Origin: Dehalococcoidia bacterium
GTDB taxonomy: Bacteria; Chloroflexota; Dehalococcoidia; Lucifugimonadales; Australimonadaceae
DNA length: 64,000 bases
NCBI GenBank assembly: GCA_965201135.1
Contig: OZ241751.1
Span: 86,706 to 150,705, forward strand
Direction of reading: 5' to 3'
In this document: piece by piece, positions 44,994 to 54,097 of the stretch
Numbering within the stretch: the first letter of the stretch is position 1
Layout of the letters: each line of letters starts with the position of its first letter
Program-made: the position numbers and the translations under genes
The notes under the pieces: model-generated
Told to the model about the DNA's origin: nothing
The model's input: only the letters and a program-made list of their open reading frames with translations
Databases searched by the model: none

Positions 44994-45074
44994 AGCGCAA
45001 GCGTATGCGGCGCGGCGGGGCAAGTCAAGCGCGACGGCGAGAGGGAGACGGGGCGCCATTGCGCCCTCGTCTGC

Positions 45075-45388
45075 AGCACCCTCTCCCGCCGCATTCGCGG
45101 CGTCCTCTCCCCTTCTAGGGAGAGGCGGAATGGGCGCTTGCGCGCCGCAGGGGGCGGGATTCCCGCCTACGCGGGAATGACGGTTGAGGGCAGGCGGCAA
45201 GGGGGTAGGTTCCCGCTTTCGCGGGAATGACGTGGCGCCTGGGGAACAAGGGAGACAGGACGCGACGCGCCCCGTCTATGGCGCTGTCGCGCCGAATGGA
45301 TTCCTGCCTACGCAGGAATGACGGTTGAGGGGCGCGTTGCGCCCGACCGCAGTACCCTCTCCCGCCGCGTTCGCGGCGTCCTCTCCGG
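45075..45388. repeat. Repeat mosaic (R2 reverse, R3, three R1 reverse, R4, truncated R2 reverse)
   Basis: R2 at 45075..45127. R1 copies at 45155..45182, 45204..45231 and 45296..45323. R4 at about 45251..45280, and truncated R2 at 45349..45388. Confidence 0.8.
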
Positions 45389-45470
45389 CCCGCGCGGCGA
45401 CGAAGGACTAAGTATGAGGAGCGCGAAGTTATGACGGCGGGCAAGTCGCCGCTTCGCGGACGTCCCCCGC

Positions 45471-45500
45471 TGGACGCCGCCCGCCGGTTGGCGCTATACT
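45471..45500 (+). promoter_or_regulatory. Possible tRNA-Pro promoter
   Basis: TGGACG-18 nt-TATACT ends 11 nt before the tRNA 5' end. Confidence 0.4.
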
Positions 45501-45511
45501 GCAGGCAGTGT

Positions 45512-45588
45512 CGGGGTGTGGCGCAGCCCGGAAGCGCACCTGCATGGGGTGCAGGGGGTCGTTGGTTCAAATCCAATCACCCCGACCA
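45512..45588 (+). tRNA. tRNA-Pro (anticodon GGG), CCA encoded
   Basis: Manual cloverleaf: acceptor CGGGGTG/CACCCCG, D arm GCGC-AGCCCGGAA-GCGC, anticodon arm CCTGC-AT GGG GT-GCAGG, T arm GTTGG-TTCAAAT-CCAAT, then ACCA. Confidence 0.9.
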
Positions 45589-45624
45589 GTTCTCTCATTC
45601 CTCATCTCGGATTAGGAGCGGCGA

Positions 45625-46050
45625 ATGACGACCTCAGGCGGAGCCCGCCCGTGGGTGCGGGAGCACTTGGAGCGCTACCTGCAAACCGACGGCGAGGACG
45701 GCCACATCTGGCGCGGCGTTCCGACGCTCCTGCTTACGACGACGGGGCGCAAGTCCGGCGAGCCGTACACGACGCCGCTCATCTACGGCGAGGACGCGGG
45801 CCGCTACGTGGTCGTCGCCTCGCGGGGCGGCGCTCCGACGCATCCGCAGTGGCACCTCAACCTCACCGCGAATCCGTCCGTCGGCGTGCAAGTCGCCGCC
45901 GACAAGTTTCAGGCGACGGCGCGAACCGCGTCTTCGGACGAGAAGCCCGCGCTATGGGCGCTGATGACCGGCATCTACCCGCCCTACGACGAGTATCAGG
46001 CGGCCACGGAGCGCGAGATTCCCGTCGTCATTCTCGAGCGCGCGGAGTAA
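45625..46050 (+). CDS. Deazaflavin (F420)-dependent nitroreductase-family protein (DUF385 type)
   Basis: 141 aa with LLLTTTGRKSGEPYTTPLIY..YVVVASRGGAPTHPQWHLNLTANP and EREIPVVILER. Confidence 0.8.
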   Translation: MTTSGGARPWVREHLERYLQTDGEDGHIWRGVPTLLLTTTGRKSGEPYTTPLIYGEDAGRYVVVASRGGAPTHPQWHLNLTANPSVGVQVAADKFQATARTASSDEKPALWALMTGIYPPYDEYQAATEREIPVVILERAE

Positions 46051-46096
46051 TCGCTTCGCCGACCAGGAGCGCCGCCCGCCGCGCAAGGAGACGCCG

Positions 46097-47044
46097 ATGA
46101 CCGACCGCCGACTCCCGACCGAAGAGGAAGTCCTCGGCTATTTCCAATCCCTCAGCAACTGGGGGCGATGGGGCGGCGACGACCAACTCGGCACGCTCAA
46201 CCTCATCACGCCGGAGAAGCGCAGGCAGGCCGCGGCCCTCGTGCGCGACGGCGTCAGCGTCGGATGCGCCCGCCCCGTCAGCACGCTGCACGCCGTCGAC
46301 CAGCCCATCACTCCCGTCCACGTGATGGTCGAGAGCGGCGAGGTCTACTGCCTTGACGACGGCCGCGAGTGGACCACGCAGCACTCGATGGACTACTTCG
46401 GCATGGCCATCCACGGCCCGGGGCAGACCCACCTCGACGCGCTCTGCCATCAGTTCTGGGGCGGCAAGATGTACAACGGACGCCCCGCGAGCGTCGTCTC
46501 ATCCGCCGGCAAAGCCGGGTTCGGCGCGGTCGACGGCATGAAGGACGGCGTCGTCACCAAAGGCGTTCTCCTCGACCTCGCCCGGATCCGCGGCGTGGAC
46601 TGGCACGAGCCCGGCGAGGCCGCCTACCCGGACGACCTCGAGGCCGCCGAGCGCGCCCACGGCGTCCGCGTCGAAGAGGGCGACGCCATCCTGCTGCGCT
46701 TCGGCTGGACGGCGCGGCGCAACGCGCTAGGCCCCGTCCCCCGCGACGGCGGGCGCGCCGGACTGCACGCCTCCTGCCTCCCGTGGCTTCACGAGCGGGG
46801 CGTTTCGGTTCTCGCCTGCGACAGCGCGCAGGAGGTCCGCCCCACCGGCTACGACCGGCTCTTCGGCCCCATTCACTCCGTCGGCCAGGTTGCGATGGGG
46901 CTCTGGCTGGTGGACAACGCCGATTTCGAGGCGCTTGGCGAAGCCTGCGCCGCCGCCGGGCGCTACGAATTCCTCTTCGCGCTCGCTCCGATGAACTTTC
47001 CGCTCGCCACTGGCTCTCCGCTGAACCCCATCGCGGTTCTCTGA
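46097..47044 (+). CDS. Cyclase-family protein (kynurenine-formamidase-like fold)
   Basis: 315 aa with NWGRWGGDDQLGTLNLITPE and HGPGQTHLDALCH. Confidence 0.75.
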   Translation: MTDRRLPTEEEVLGYFQSLSNWGRWGGDDQLGTLNLITPEKRRQAAALVRDGVSVGCARPVSTLHAVDQPITPVHVMVESGEVYCLDDGREWTTQHSMDYFGMAIHGPGQTHLDALCHQFWGGKMYNGRPASVVSSAGKAGFGAVDGMKDGVVTKGVLLDLARIRGVDWHEPGEAAYPDDLEAAERAHGVRVEEGDAILLRFGWTARRNALGPVPRDGGRAGLHASCLPWLHERGVSVLACDSAQEVRPTGYDRLFGPIHSVGQVAMGLWLVDNADFEALGEACAAAGRYEFLFALAPMNFPLATGSPLNPIAVL

Positions 47045-47093
47045 AACTTGGGGCATCCATAGCCTATCCACTGACTGACGCAGGCGTGAATCC

Positions 47094-47167
47094 GGCGGCG
47101 CGTAAGCGCCACATCCCCCTCTCCCTATAAGGGGAGAGGACGCCGCGAAGCGGCGGGTGAGGGTACT
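47094..47167. repeat. R3-like + R2 repeat
   Basis: GGCGGCGCGTAAGCGCC, then CCCCCTCTCCCTATAAGGGGAGAGGACGCCGCGAAGCGGCGGGTGAGGGTACTG. Confidence 0.8.
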
Positions 47168-47221
47168 GGAGACAGGAGCAGAGTGGCGCTGCGGACAATC
47201 AACTTGGCGGAAGCCTAGCCG

Positions 47222-49243
47222 ATGGCCGCCGTCGCCGAAGCGCTCGGCTACCTCGCGCAGCCGCTCTATTGGGGCGTCTTACTGAGCGTCGTCGCGCTCG
47301 CCGCCCTGGCAAGCGCCATCCCCGGCGTGAATTCCTTCCTCGTGATGGCCCTCGCGTTCCCGTTCATTCTCTTCCGCGTGGAGGAGCCGGCCATCGGCCT
47401 CGTCGCGCTCGCCACAATCAGCGGCGTCAGCAACACGCTCGACTCCGCCCCGGCCGTCCTCATCGGGCAGCCCAGCGCCGCGACGCAGGTCACGTTCCTG
47501 GAGGGGCACCAACTCGCCCGGCGCGGGCGCGCCGCGCATACGCTCGGCGCCATCTACGCCGTCTCCGCTCTCGGCGGGGTCGTCGGCGCGGCGATTCTGC
47601 TCGTCGTCATTCCGGTCGCCCGCCCGTTCGTGCTGCGCTTCAGTTTCTCGGAAATCGCCGCGACGGGGACGCTGGGCATCGCAATGGTCGTCGTGCTGAG
47701 CCGCGGCGCAATGGTGCGGGGCCTCGTCTCCGCGCTCGTCGGGATGCTGCTCGGCATCATCGGCTCGCTGGGGGGCAGGCTCACCGTCGACCCGTTCGTC
47801 CCGATGCCGCTCGTGCCGTTCATTTTGGGTCTGTTCGCGCTGCCGGAACTCGTCGATCTCATGATCAGCCGGAAGCCGGTCGCCGCCGGGGGCGCGAGCC
47901 TCGGGGCGGGCGAGGTTCTGCGCGGCGCCCGCTACGGATTCTCCCGGTGGCCGATGGTCGTCCGCCAATCCGCCTTCGGCGTCTTCCTCGGCGCGATCCC
48001 GGGCGTCGGCTCGTCGGTCGTGGACTGGCTGAGTTACGCCTTCGGCGTGATCCTCACGAAAGACCGCTCGCAGTTCGGCAAAGGATCGCTCGACGGCGCG
48101 CTGTTCGCGGAGTCCGCGCAGAACGCGAAAGAGGCCGGCGCGGGGCTGCCGACGCTCGCGCTCGGCGTTCCCGGCGCGCCCACCTGGGCGCTCGTCATAA
48201 CCGCGATGATTCCCTACGGCGTCGCGCCGGGCGCCCAAATGCTCGGACGCGACGCGCACATCACTATCCTGCTCGTCCTCACGCTCGGCCTGGCGAACCT
48301 CATAATGTCCGCCGTCGGCATCGGCGTCACCGGCTTCCTCGCGCGCCTCACCACCGTTCCCTATCCCATCATCGGCGCAATCGTCATTCCCATCCTCCTC
48401 CTCTCCGCGTTCGTGGACACCACAAGTTGGCGCGGCGTTCAGATCGCGCTCGGCGTCGGGGCGATGGGCTACGCGATGAAACGCTGGCGCTGGCCGCGTC
48501 CGCCGATGATCCTCGGCTTCATCCTGGTCGAGATCATCGAACTCAACCACTTCAACGCGGTCGCCATCCACGGCTACCGCGGCGCGCTCAGCCGGCCGCT
48601 CACCATCGCCATTCTCGCCGTCGCGCTCCTCATCGCCGTCACGCTCTTCCGCGCCGTCCGGCGCATGGAGCGCGCCGCGCCCCCCGACCAACTGCGCGGA
48701 GCGAACGCCCCGGCCCGCCGCCGCGTCCCGTGGACCGCCCGGCTCGGACGCGCCGACGTCCTCATTCCCCTCATCGTTATGGCCGGCGTCGGGCTGCTGC
48801 TCTCCGACCACCTCCTCAACCCCGTGCGCGACTCATGGCGCTTCACGACCTACCCCTTCTATCTATCGCTGCTTGCGCTTGCGCTCCTTGCGTTCGAACT
48901 ATGGCGCGGGCTCCGGGGGCGTCCGTCGCCGGCCACGCTGATGGACCTAGGGCTGATCAGCGGCGGGGACGCCGGCGCGCGCGCCGCGGCGGTCAAGACC
49001 GTCGGGCTGTTCGCGCTGTTTCTCCTCGTGGGCGTTACCGTTGGCCTCAAGTGGGGCGCGCTCGCGTTCGCCCTCGCCGCGCCGCCCGCGCTTCTGCGCG
49101 GCCCCGCGAGGTGGCCCGTCGCCCTCCTGACCGCCGCCATCGTCTGGATATTCATCTACGTCTTTCTCGACAACGTCCTCTACGTCCTCTACCCCGAGCC
49201 GTTCCTGCGCGGCCTCATCGCCGACGCGTTCGGGCGCTCGTGA
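47222..49243 (+). CDS. Tripartite tricarboxylate transporter TctA-family permease with extra C-terminal TM helices
   Basis: 673 aa and highly hydrophobic. FLEGHQLARRGRAAHTLGAIYAVSALGG and GAIPGVGSSVVDWLSYA resemble TctA signatures. About 170 additional C-terminal residues carry about 4 TM segments. Confidence 0.7.
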   Translation: MAAVAEALGYLAQPLYWGVLLSVVALAALASAIPGVNSFLVMALAFPFILFRVEEPAIGLVALATISGVSNTLDSAPAVLIGQPSAATQVTFLEGHQLARRGRAAHTLGAIYAVSALGGVVGAAILLVVIPVARPFVLRFSFSEIAATGTLGIAMVVVLSRGAMVRGLVSALVGMLLGIIGSLGGRLTVDPFVPMPLVPFILGLFALPELVDLMISRKPVAAGGASLGAGEVLRGARYGFSRWPMVVRQSAFGVFLGAIPGVGSSVVDWLSYAFGVILTKDRSQFGKGSLDGALFAESAQNAKEAGAGLPTLALGVPGAPTWALVITAMIPYGVAPGAQMLGRDAHITILLVLTLGLANLIMSAVGIGVTGFLARLTTVPYPIIGAIVIPILLLSAFVDTTSWRGVQIALGVGAMGYAMKRWRWPRPPMILGFILVEIIELNHFNAVAIHGYRGALSRPLTIAILAVALLIAVTLFRAVRRMERAAPPDQLRGANAPARRRVPWTARLGRADVLIPLIVMAGVGLLLSDHLLNPVRDSWRFTTYPFYLSLLALALLAFELWRGLRGRPSPATLMDLGLISGGDAGARAAAVKTVGLFALFLLVGVTVGLKWGALAFALAAPPALLRGPARWPVALLTAAIVWIFIYVFLDNVLYVLYPEPFLRGLIADAFGRS

Positions 49244-49310
49244 GCGGCGCGGGCGCGATGGGCGTATGATGGGCGCGTCCCCAAGACGAGATAGACGAGG
49301 AGGAGCGGCG

Positions 49311-49742
49311 ATGAGCGCAGCGCGAGAGGCCGTCGGGCAAATGGAGGTCGTCCGGTACGAGACGCCCGGGCTGGACGGCTTGCCGAAGAGGAATACCCAT
49401 GTCGCGGACAGCGGCCTGATCAGCGTGAACGTCCAACTCGTGAGCCGTGAGGGCGGCGAGACGAACCTGCACGCGCACTCCGGGCAGGACGCGGTGTGGT
49501 TCGTGCTGGCGGGGCGCGCCAAGTTCTACGGGAAGGACGGCGAGTCGGTCGAGTTGGGACCGAAGGACGCGCTCTTAATTCCGAAGGGCGTTCCCTACTG
49601 GTTCGAGTCGGTCAGCGACGAGCCGCTGGAGATTATGCGGAACGCCGCGACCGACCCGAACGTCCGCAACCAGCGGATCAACTACGAGGAGTTGCGCGAC
49701 CGCCAAAAGGACGGGCGCCACGCCGGCAGCGTGTACGTTTAG
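49311..49742 (+). CDS. Cupin-domain protein
   Basis: ATG after GAGGAGGAG. GETNLHAHSGQDAVWFVLAGRAKFYG..LLIPKGVPYWFES. Confidence 0.65.
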   Translation: MSAAREAVGQMEVVRYETPGLDGLPKRNTHVADSGLISVNVQLVSREGGETNLHAHSGQDAVWFVLAGRAKFYGKDGESVELGPKDALLIPKGVPYWFESVSDEPLEIMRNAATDPNVRNQRINYEELRDRQKDGRHAGSVYV

Positions 49743-49805
49743 GAGTCTCCCTGGCCGGCGCCGGCGGCGCCGGCGAACCCCGTCCCCGCGCGAAGGAGGA
49801 GAGCC

Positions 49806-50663
49806 ACGAGCATCCATACGCAGCGTTCGCGCGGCGTCGCCCTCGTCACCCTCGACCACCCGACGACGCGCAACGCCCTCAGCCCCGAAATGGCCGCCGA
49901 ACTCTACGCCGAACTCGACAGGTTCGAGGCCGACCCCGACGACCGCGCGCTCGTCCTCACCGGACGCGATCCCTCCTTCTGCTCAGGCGCCAACGTCAGG
50001 CGGTTCGACGAGACCATCGAGCGCCTCGAGCGCGAGCAGGCCGCGGGCGCGGACGCGCCCTCCCTGCCCTGGGGCGGAATGGAGGCGCGGCTGGCGCGGC
50101 GCGACGCGGACAAAGCGGAAGCCGGGTTCGGCTCCGTCTCCAATGTCCCCCTCCGCGTCAACCAAGTTCAGAAGCCGACCATCGCGGCGGTCAACGGCCA
50201 CGCCATAGGCGTCGGGCTCGGCCTCGCGCTCTCCTGCGACATCCGGCTCGCCTCCGAGCGCGCCGAATTCGCCGAGGCGTTCACCCGCATGGGCCTCGTC
50301 CCCGGCGACGGCTCCTGCTGGCAGTTGCCGCGCCTCATCGGCCTCAGCAACACGTACTATATGCAGTACACGGGCGACCGCGTCGGGGCTGACGACGCCC
50401 TTAGGATGGGCCTCGTCAGCAAAACGGCGCCCCACGCCGACCTCCTGCCCGCCGCGATGGAACTCGCGGAGCGGCTGGCGAGCGGCGCGACCTACGCGAT
50501 GTCGCTCACGAAATACCTCGTCCAGCAATCGTTCGGCATGGGGTTCGAGGAGAGTCTGCGCCTCGCGCAGACCGCCCAGGAACTGGCGCGGCGCTCCGCC
50601 GACCACAAGGAAGCCGCCCGGGCCTTTCTGGAGAAGCGAAAGCCCGAATTCAAAGGAAGGTGA
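49806..50663 (+). CDS. Enoyl-CoA hydratase/isomerase family protein (start codon uncertain, probably non-canonical)
   Basis: The frame is open from 49743. The conserved crotonase N-terminus GVALVTLDHPTTRNALS lies upstream of the first ATG (49890). SD GAAGGAGGAG (49792..49801) precedes ACG 49806 and ATC 49812. Downstream motifs are FCSGANV and VNGHAIGVGLGLALSCDIRLA. Confidence 0.7.
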   Translation, partial: TSIHTQRSRGVALVTLDHPTTRNALSPEMAAELYAELDRFEADPDDRALVLTGRDPSFCSGANVRRFDETIERLEREQAAGADAPSLPWGGMEARLARRDADKAEAGFGSVSNVPLRVNQVQKPTIAAVNGHAIGVGLGLALSCDIRLASERAEFAEAFTRMGLVPGDGSCWQLPRLIGLSNTYYMQYTGDRVGADDALRMGLVSKTAPHADLLPAAMELAERLASGATYAMSLTKYLVQQSFGMGFEESLRLAQTAQELARRSADHKEAARAFLEKRKPEFKGR

Positions 50664-50667
50664 CGCG

Positions 50668-51540
50668 ATGAAGATCGGCGTGGGGCTCCCGTTCAAAATG
50701 CCGACGGAGAGTTGGGGCTATATCTCGGAACTGGCGCGCCGCGCCGACGCCGGGCCGTACTCCTCATTCGCCGCGCTCGACCGGCTCGCCTACGACAACT
50801 ACGAGGCGATGGCGGAACTCGCGGCGGTCGCCGCCGTCACGCAACGGCTGCGCCTCGTCACCACGATCCTCCTCGCGCCCCTCCGCAACGCCGGCGTCCT
50901 CGCCAAGCAGGCCGCCACCATAGACGCCATATCCAACGGCAGGCTCTCGCTCGGCCTCGCCGTCGGCGGACGCGAGGACGACGCCGTCGTCGCTCCCGCG
51001 GACTTCCGCGGCAGGGGCCGCCGCTTCGAGGAGCAACTGACGATGATGCGCCGCATCTGGGCCGGCGAGATCCTCGAAGGCGCCCAGCGCCCCGTCGGGC
51101 CCGCGCCCGTCCAGCCTGGCGGCCCCGAGATCCTCATCGGCGGCACGCACCCCAAAGCCATCGACCGCGTCGGCAAGTTCGCGAGCGGCTACGTGATGGG
51201 CGGACGCGCCCTCGAGGCGGAGTGGGCGAAAGGCGTGATGACGCAAGTCGAGGAGTCGTGGGCGGCGCATGAGCGCGAGGGCAGGCCCCGCGTCGTCGTG
51301 ACGCTCCCCTGCGCGCTCGGCCCCGACGCGGAAGACGCCGTCGCCGGAGCGCTCGCCGACTACTACGGAGGCGACGGAAGGCCGGGCGCGTCGAGGCAAG
51401 GCCGGGGGCAGCCGACATCCCCGGAAATCATCCGCAACGCCGTCCGGATGCACGAGGACTTGGGCTCCGACGAAATCATCTTCCGCCCCGTTACGCCGGA
51501 CTTGGAGCAACTCGACCGCCTGACCGACGCGATAGCGTAG
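50668..51540 (+). CDS. Luciferase-like monooxygenase (LLM-class, F420/flavin-dependent) oxidoreductase
   Basis: 290 aa with LRLVTTILLAPLRN, ATIDAISNGRLSLGLAVGG and a TIM-barrel LLM pattern. Confidence 0.75.
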   Translation: MKIGVGLPFKMPTESWGYISELARRADAGPYSSFAALDRLAYDNYEAMAELAAVAAVTQRLRLVTTILLAPLRNAGVLAKQAATIDAISNGRLSLGLAVGGREDDAVVAPADFRGRGRRFEEQLTMMRRIWAGEILEGAQRPVGPAPVQPGGPEILIGGTHPKAIDRVGKFASGYVMGGRALEAEWAKGVMTQVEESWAAHEREGRPRVVVTLPCALGPDAEDAVAGALADYYGGDGRPGASRQGRGQPTSPEIIRNAVRMHEDLGSDEIIFRPVTPDLEQLDRLTDAIA

Positions 51541-51544
51541 CCCA

Positions 51545-52801
51545 ATGGCGGACGGCGGGCAGGGGCGGGCGGGAGGCTGGCGCGGCAACGAGGCGCTCCT
51601 CTCGCTGATGCTCCCCGCGTTCCTGCTGGGGCTTGGGCGCGGCTTCGCCGTCCCCGTTCTCCCCCTCCTGGCGATGCGGTTCGGCGCCGACGCTTCCCAG
51701 GCCGGCCTCACCGTCTTCGTTCCGATGCTGGGCGCCGTCTGCTCCACGCTGCCCGCCGGCTACCTGATGGACCGCATCGGGCGCCGCAAACTGCTCATCT
51801 CCAGCACCATTCTGATGTCCGCCTCCGCGCTCCTCGTCCTCCGCGCCGCCAGTTACGGCGAAATGCTCGCCTACCTCGGCGTCAGCGGCGCGGCGCAGCA
51901 GGTATGGCAAATGACGAGGCTCGCCGTCATCGCCGACTCCGGCGCGCAGAATCAGCGCGGACGCATGATCACGGGCATGGCCGGCGTGAACCGGGGCGGC
52001 ATTATGGCCGGGCCCGTGCTCGGCGGCGTTGTCGCCGAGTTCTTCGGCTTGCGCGCCCCGTTCCTCCTCTTCGGGATCGCCGCGTTCCTCGCAACGATTC
52101 CCGCCTACTTCCTCGTGCGCGAGACCGCCCCCGCCGTGCTCGCCAAGCGCGCCGGATCGAACGCCCCGACCGTGGACGTCTCATGGCGGCGGCTCATCAC
52201 GCGCTCCGCCGTCACGCTCTTCGCGGCGCAATTTATGGCGAACGTCGGGCGCGGAGGCGCGCAAGGACAGGGCGGCATCTACGTCATCTTCGCCGCCTAC
52301 GCCTACGGGCTGGGCGCCGGCGCGCTCGGCGGCGTCTCCTCCGCGATGGGCGTCGTCAGCATTCCCGTCACCCTCGTCGCCGGCCAAGTGATGGACCGGT
52401 TCGGGCGCAAGCGCACCGTCGTCCCCGCGAGCGCGCTGCTCGCCGTCGGCCTCTGGTGCATGGCCGGCGTCGCCTGGGGCGGTTTCGGCCTGCCTTTCTT
52501 CATCGGCGGATTCATCGTCATCAACCTCGCCGTGTCGTTTATGGCCGGCTCGATGCAGACGCTCGGCGCCGACGTCGCTCCTCCGGAGGCGCGGGGCAAG
52601 TTCTTCGGCGTCAACCGCCTCGTCGCGGAGGCGGGATCGATGGGCAACCCGGGCGTGTTCATCATCGCGACGGGCGCCGTCGCGGGCGCGGGCGGATTCG
52701 CCGCCGCGTTCGGAACGATGGGCGGTTTCGCGCTCGCCGGATCGCTGACGGTCGCGCTTCTTCTGCGCGAGACGCTCCGCCGCGACCGCCCCCCGGACTA
52801 G
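51545..52801 (+). CDS. MFS transporter
   Basis: 418 aa with about 12 hydrophobic segments and the loop motif GYLMDRIGRRK. Confidence 0.8.
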   Translation: MADGGQGRAGGWRGNEALLSLMLPAFLLGLGRGFAVPVLPLLAMRFGADASQAGLTVFVPMLGAVCSTLPAGYLMDRIGRRKLLISSTILMSASALLVLRAASYGEMLAYLGVSGAAQQVWQMTRLAVIADSGAQNQRGRMITGMAGVNRGGIMAGPVLGGVVAEFFGLRAPFLLFGIAAFLATIPAYFLVRETAPAVLAKRAGSNAPTVDVSWRRLITRSAVTLFAAQFMANVGRGGAQGQGGIYVIFAAYAYGLGAGALGGVSSAMGVVSIPVTLVAGQVMDRFGRKRTVVPASALLAVGLWCMAGVAWGGFGLPFFIGGFIVINLAVSFMAGSMQTLGADVAPPEARGKFFGVNRLVAEAGSMGNPGVFIIATGAVAGAGGFAAAFGTMGGFALAGSLTVALLLRETLRRDRPPD

Positions 52802-54027
52802 CGCGCGGCGACCGCCGGGAGGAGCGGCGCAGAAGCCGGCGGCCCCGCGCGCGGCGGCGCGATGGACCCGCCCTCCAAGTTCTCCACCGACATCGCGCTC
52901 GCCCCGTAAATGACCGACTCCTGCCCCGTTTGGAACCACTCGCCCCGGATCATTCCCGACAGCAATTGCGCCGCCCCGCGCCCCACCCTGCCGATGGGAA
53001 TCGTCACGAAGGTGAAGGGGCGCCGGTCAAGCCGCGGAACGAACTGCCGGTTCCCCAGCGAAACGATGCTCAACTCCTCCGGCCAGCGCAGACCCGCCGC
53101 GAAGCACGCCCGCGCTATCGTCGGCAAGTGCGACGGGGGCGTGAACACCGCCGTCGCTCCCGCGAGCGCGTCCGCGACCTCTTCCGGCGTCTCCCCGTCC
53201 TCCGCCCATATCACCGACTCCTCGTCGAACGGCAGCCCCAAGTTCGCCCACGCCTTGTCCAGCCCGCGATAGCGCCCGCCGAAGCCCGCGCCCGATCCCG
53301 CCAAGACCGCGCGCACGCGCCTATGCCCCGCGTCCAGCAGCAGTCCGCACGCCCGCTCGACCGCCGCCTGCGAGTCCCATCCGATGCTGCCCACGCCCTC
53401 GGGCATCGCCACCGACGCCCCCGTCCACGGCTTGAGCAGCGCGACCGGAACGCCCCCTGCGACCGCCGGCCGCAGCGAGGAGAACAGATCGTCGTCCGGG
53501 TCCGGCGCCTCGCCCGGCACGCCGCACAGCAGTAGACCGTCCGCCCCCGATGAGACCGCCCACGCGACGTAGGCGCGCCGGAGGCGGTGCTCCGCTCCGC
53601 AGTCCATAACGACGCACTGAAAGCCCGCGCCCTCCAGCGCCGCGCGCGCCACCTGCGAGATAGGCCCGAACAAACTGGGGCTCATCAGATTCCACGTCAC
53701 CAGCATCACGACGGGCTGCGCGCCCCGCGCCTTCCGGGCGAACCGCTCTTCCCGAAGCCCGCGCCGCTCCAACTCCCGCGCCGTCATCTGCGCCAGCGCG
53801 TCCGGCGGCGCCCCGAACTCCTCCAGCGCGTCGCACAGCGCCCCAAGGCGCTCCAGGGGAATGGGAACGCGCGCGCTGCACCAGTTGTGCACCGTCTGCG
53901 TCGAGACCCCCAAGCGGTGCGCGAGGCTCGCCCGCGAGATATGCCGCTCCTTCAGAATCGCTCCCAGCATCGCCGCTTCTCTCCACGTAGGGCTCGCCGC
54001 CGTCATTCCTAAATAAATGTTACGCAA
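52798..54027 (-). CDS. Transcriptional regulator: N-terminal HTH + LacI/periplasmic-binding-protein-type ligand domain
   Basis: The HTH is LKERHISRASLAHRLGVSTQTVHNWCS, followed by a PBP-like two-lobe region. The start may be an internal Met (53970). Confidence 0.6.
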   Translation of the reverse strand: MRNIYLGMTAASPTWREAAMLGAILKERHISRASLAHRLGVSTQTVHNWCSARVPIPLERLGALCDALEEFGAPPDALAQMTARELERRGLREERFARKARGAQPVVMLVTWNLMSPSLFGPISQVARAALEGAGFQCVVMDCGAEHRLRRAYVAWAVSSGADGLLLCGVPGEAPDPDDDLFSSLRPAVAGGVPVALLKPWTGASVAMPEGVGSIGWDSQAAVERACGLLLDAGHRRVRAVLAGSGAGFGGRYRGLDKAWANLGLPFDEESVIWAEDGETPEEVADALAGATAVFTPPSHLPTIARACFAAGLRWPEELSIVSLGNRQFVPRLDRRPFTFVTIPIGRVGRGAAQLLSGMIRGEWFQTGQESVIYGASAMSVENLEGGSIAPPRAGPPASAPLLPAVAAR

Positions 54028-54097
54028 TTCGTTGGATGAATCGGCCGAGGCTGTAGGCGGGCTCGGACGAAGAGGTAAGACGACCGCAGCGCGCCCG

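Noticed and set aside
43740-45200. N-terminal extensions of several track ORFs: 43740..45200, 58267..59901, 32310..34646, 34804..35412, 2853..3263, 36158..36481 and 1623..2243.
   Set aside because: The extra residues are translations of the hairpin repeats (recurrent strings such as SFPRRRESR, RHSRVGGNPAP and PLPIRGEDAANAAGEG). Internal starts with SD sequences give proteins of normal family length.
47269-49269. A 666-aa ORF and a 510-aa antisense ORF overlapping the TctA gene.
   Set aside because: Both are extremely Arg/Pro-rich frame-shifted read-throughs of a GC-rich membrane-protein gene. The TctA frame gives a coherent polytopic membrane protein.
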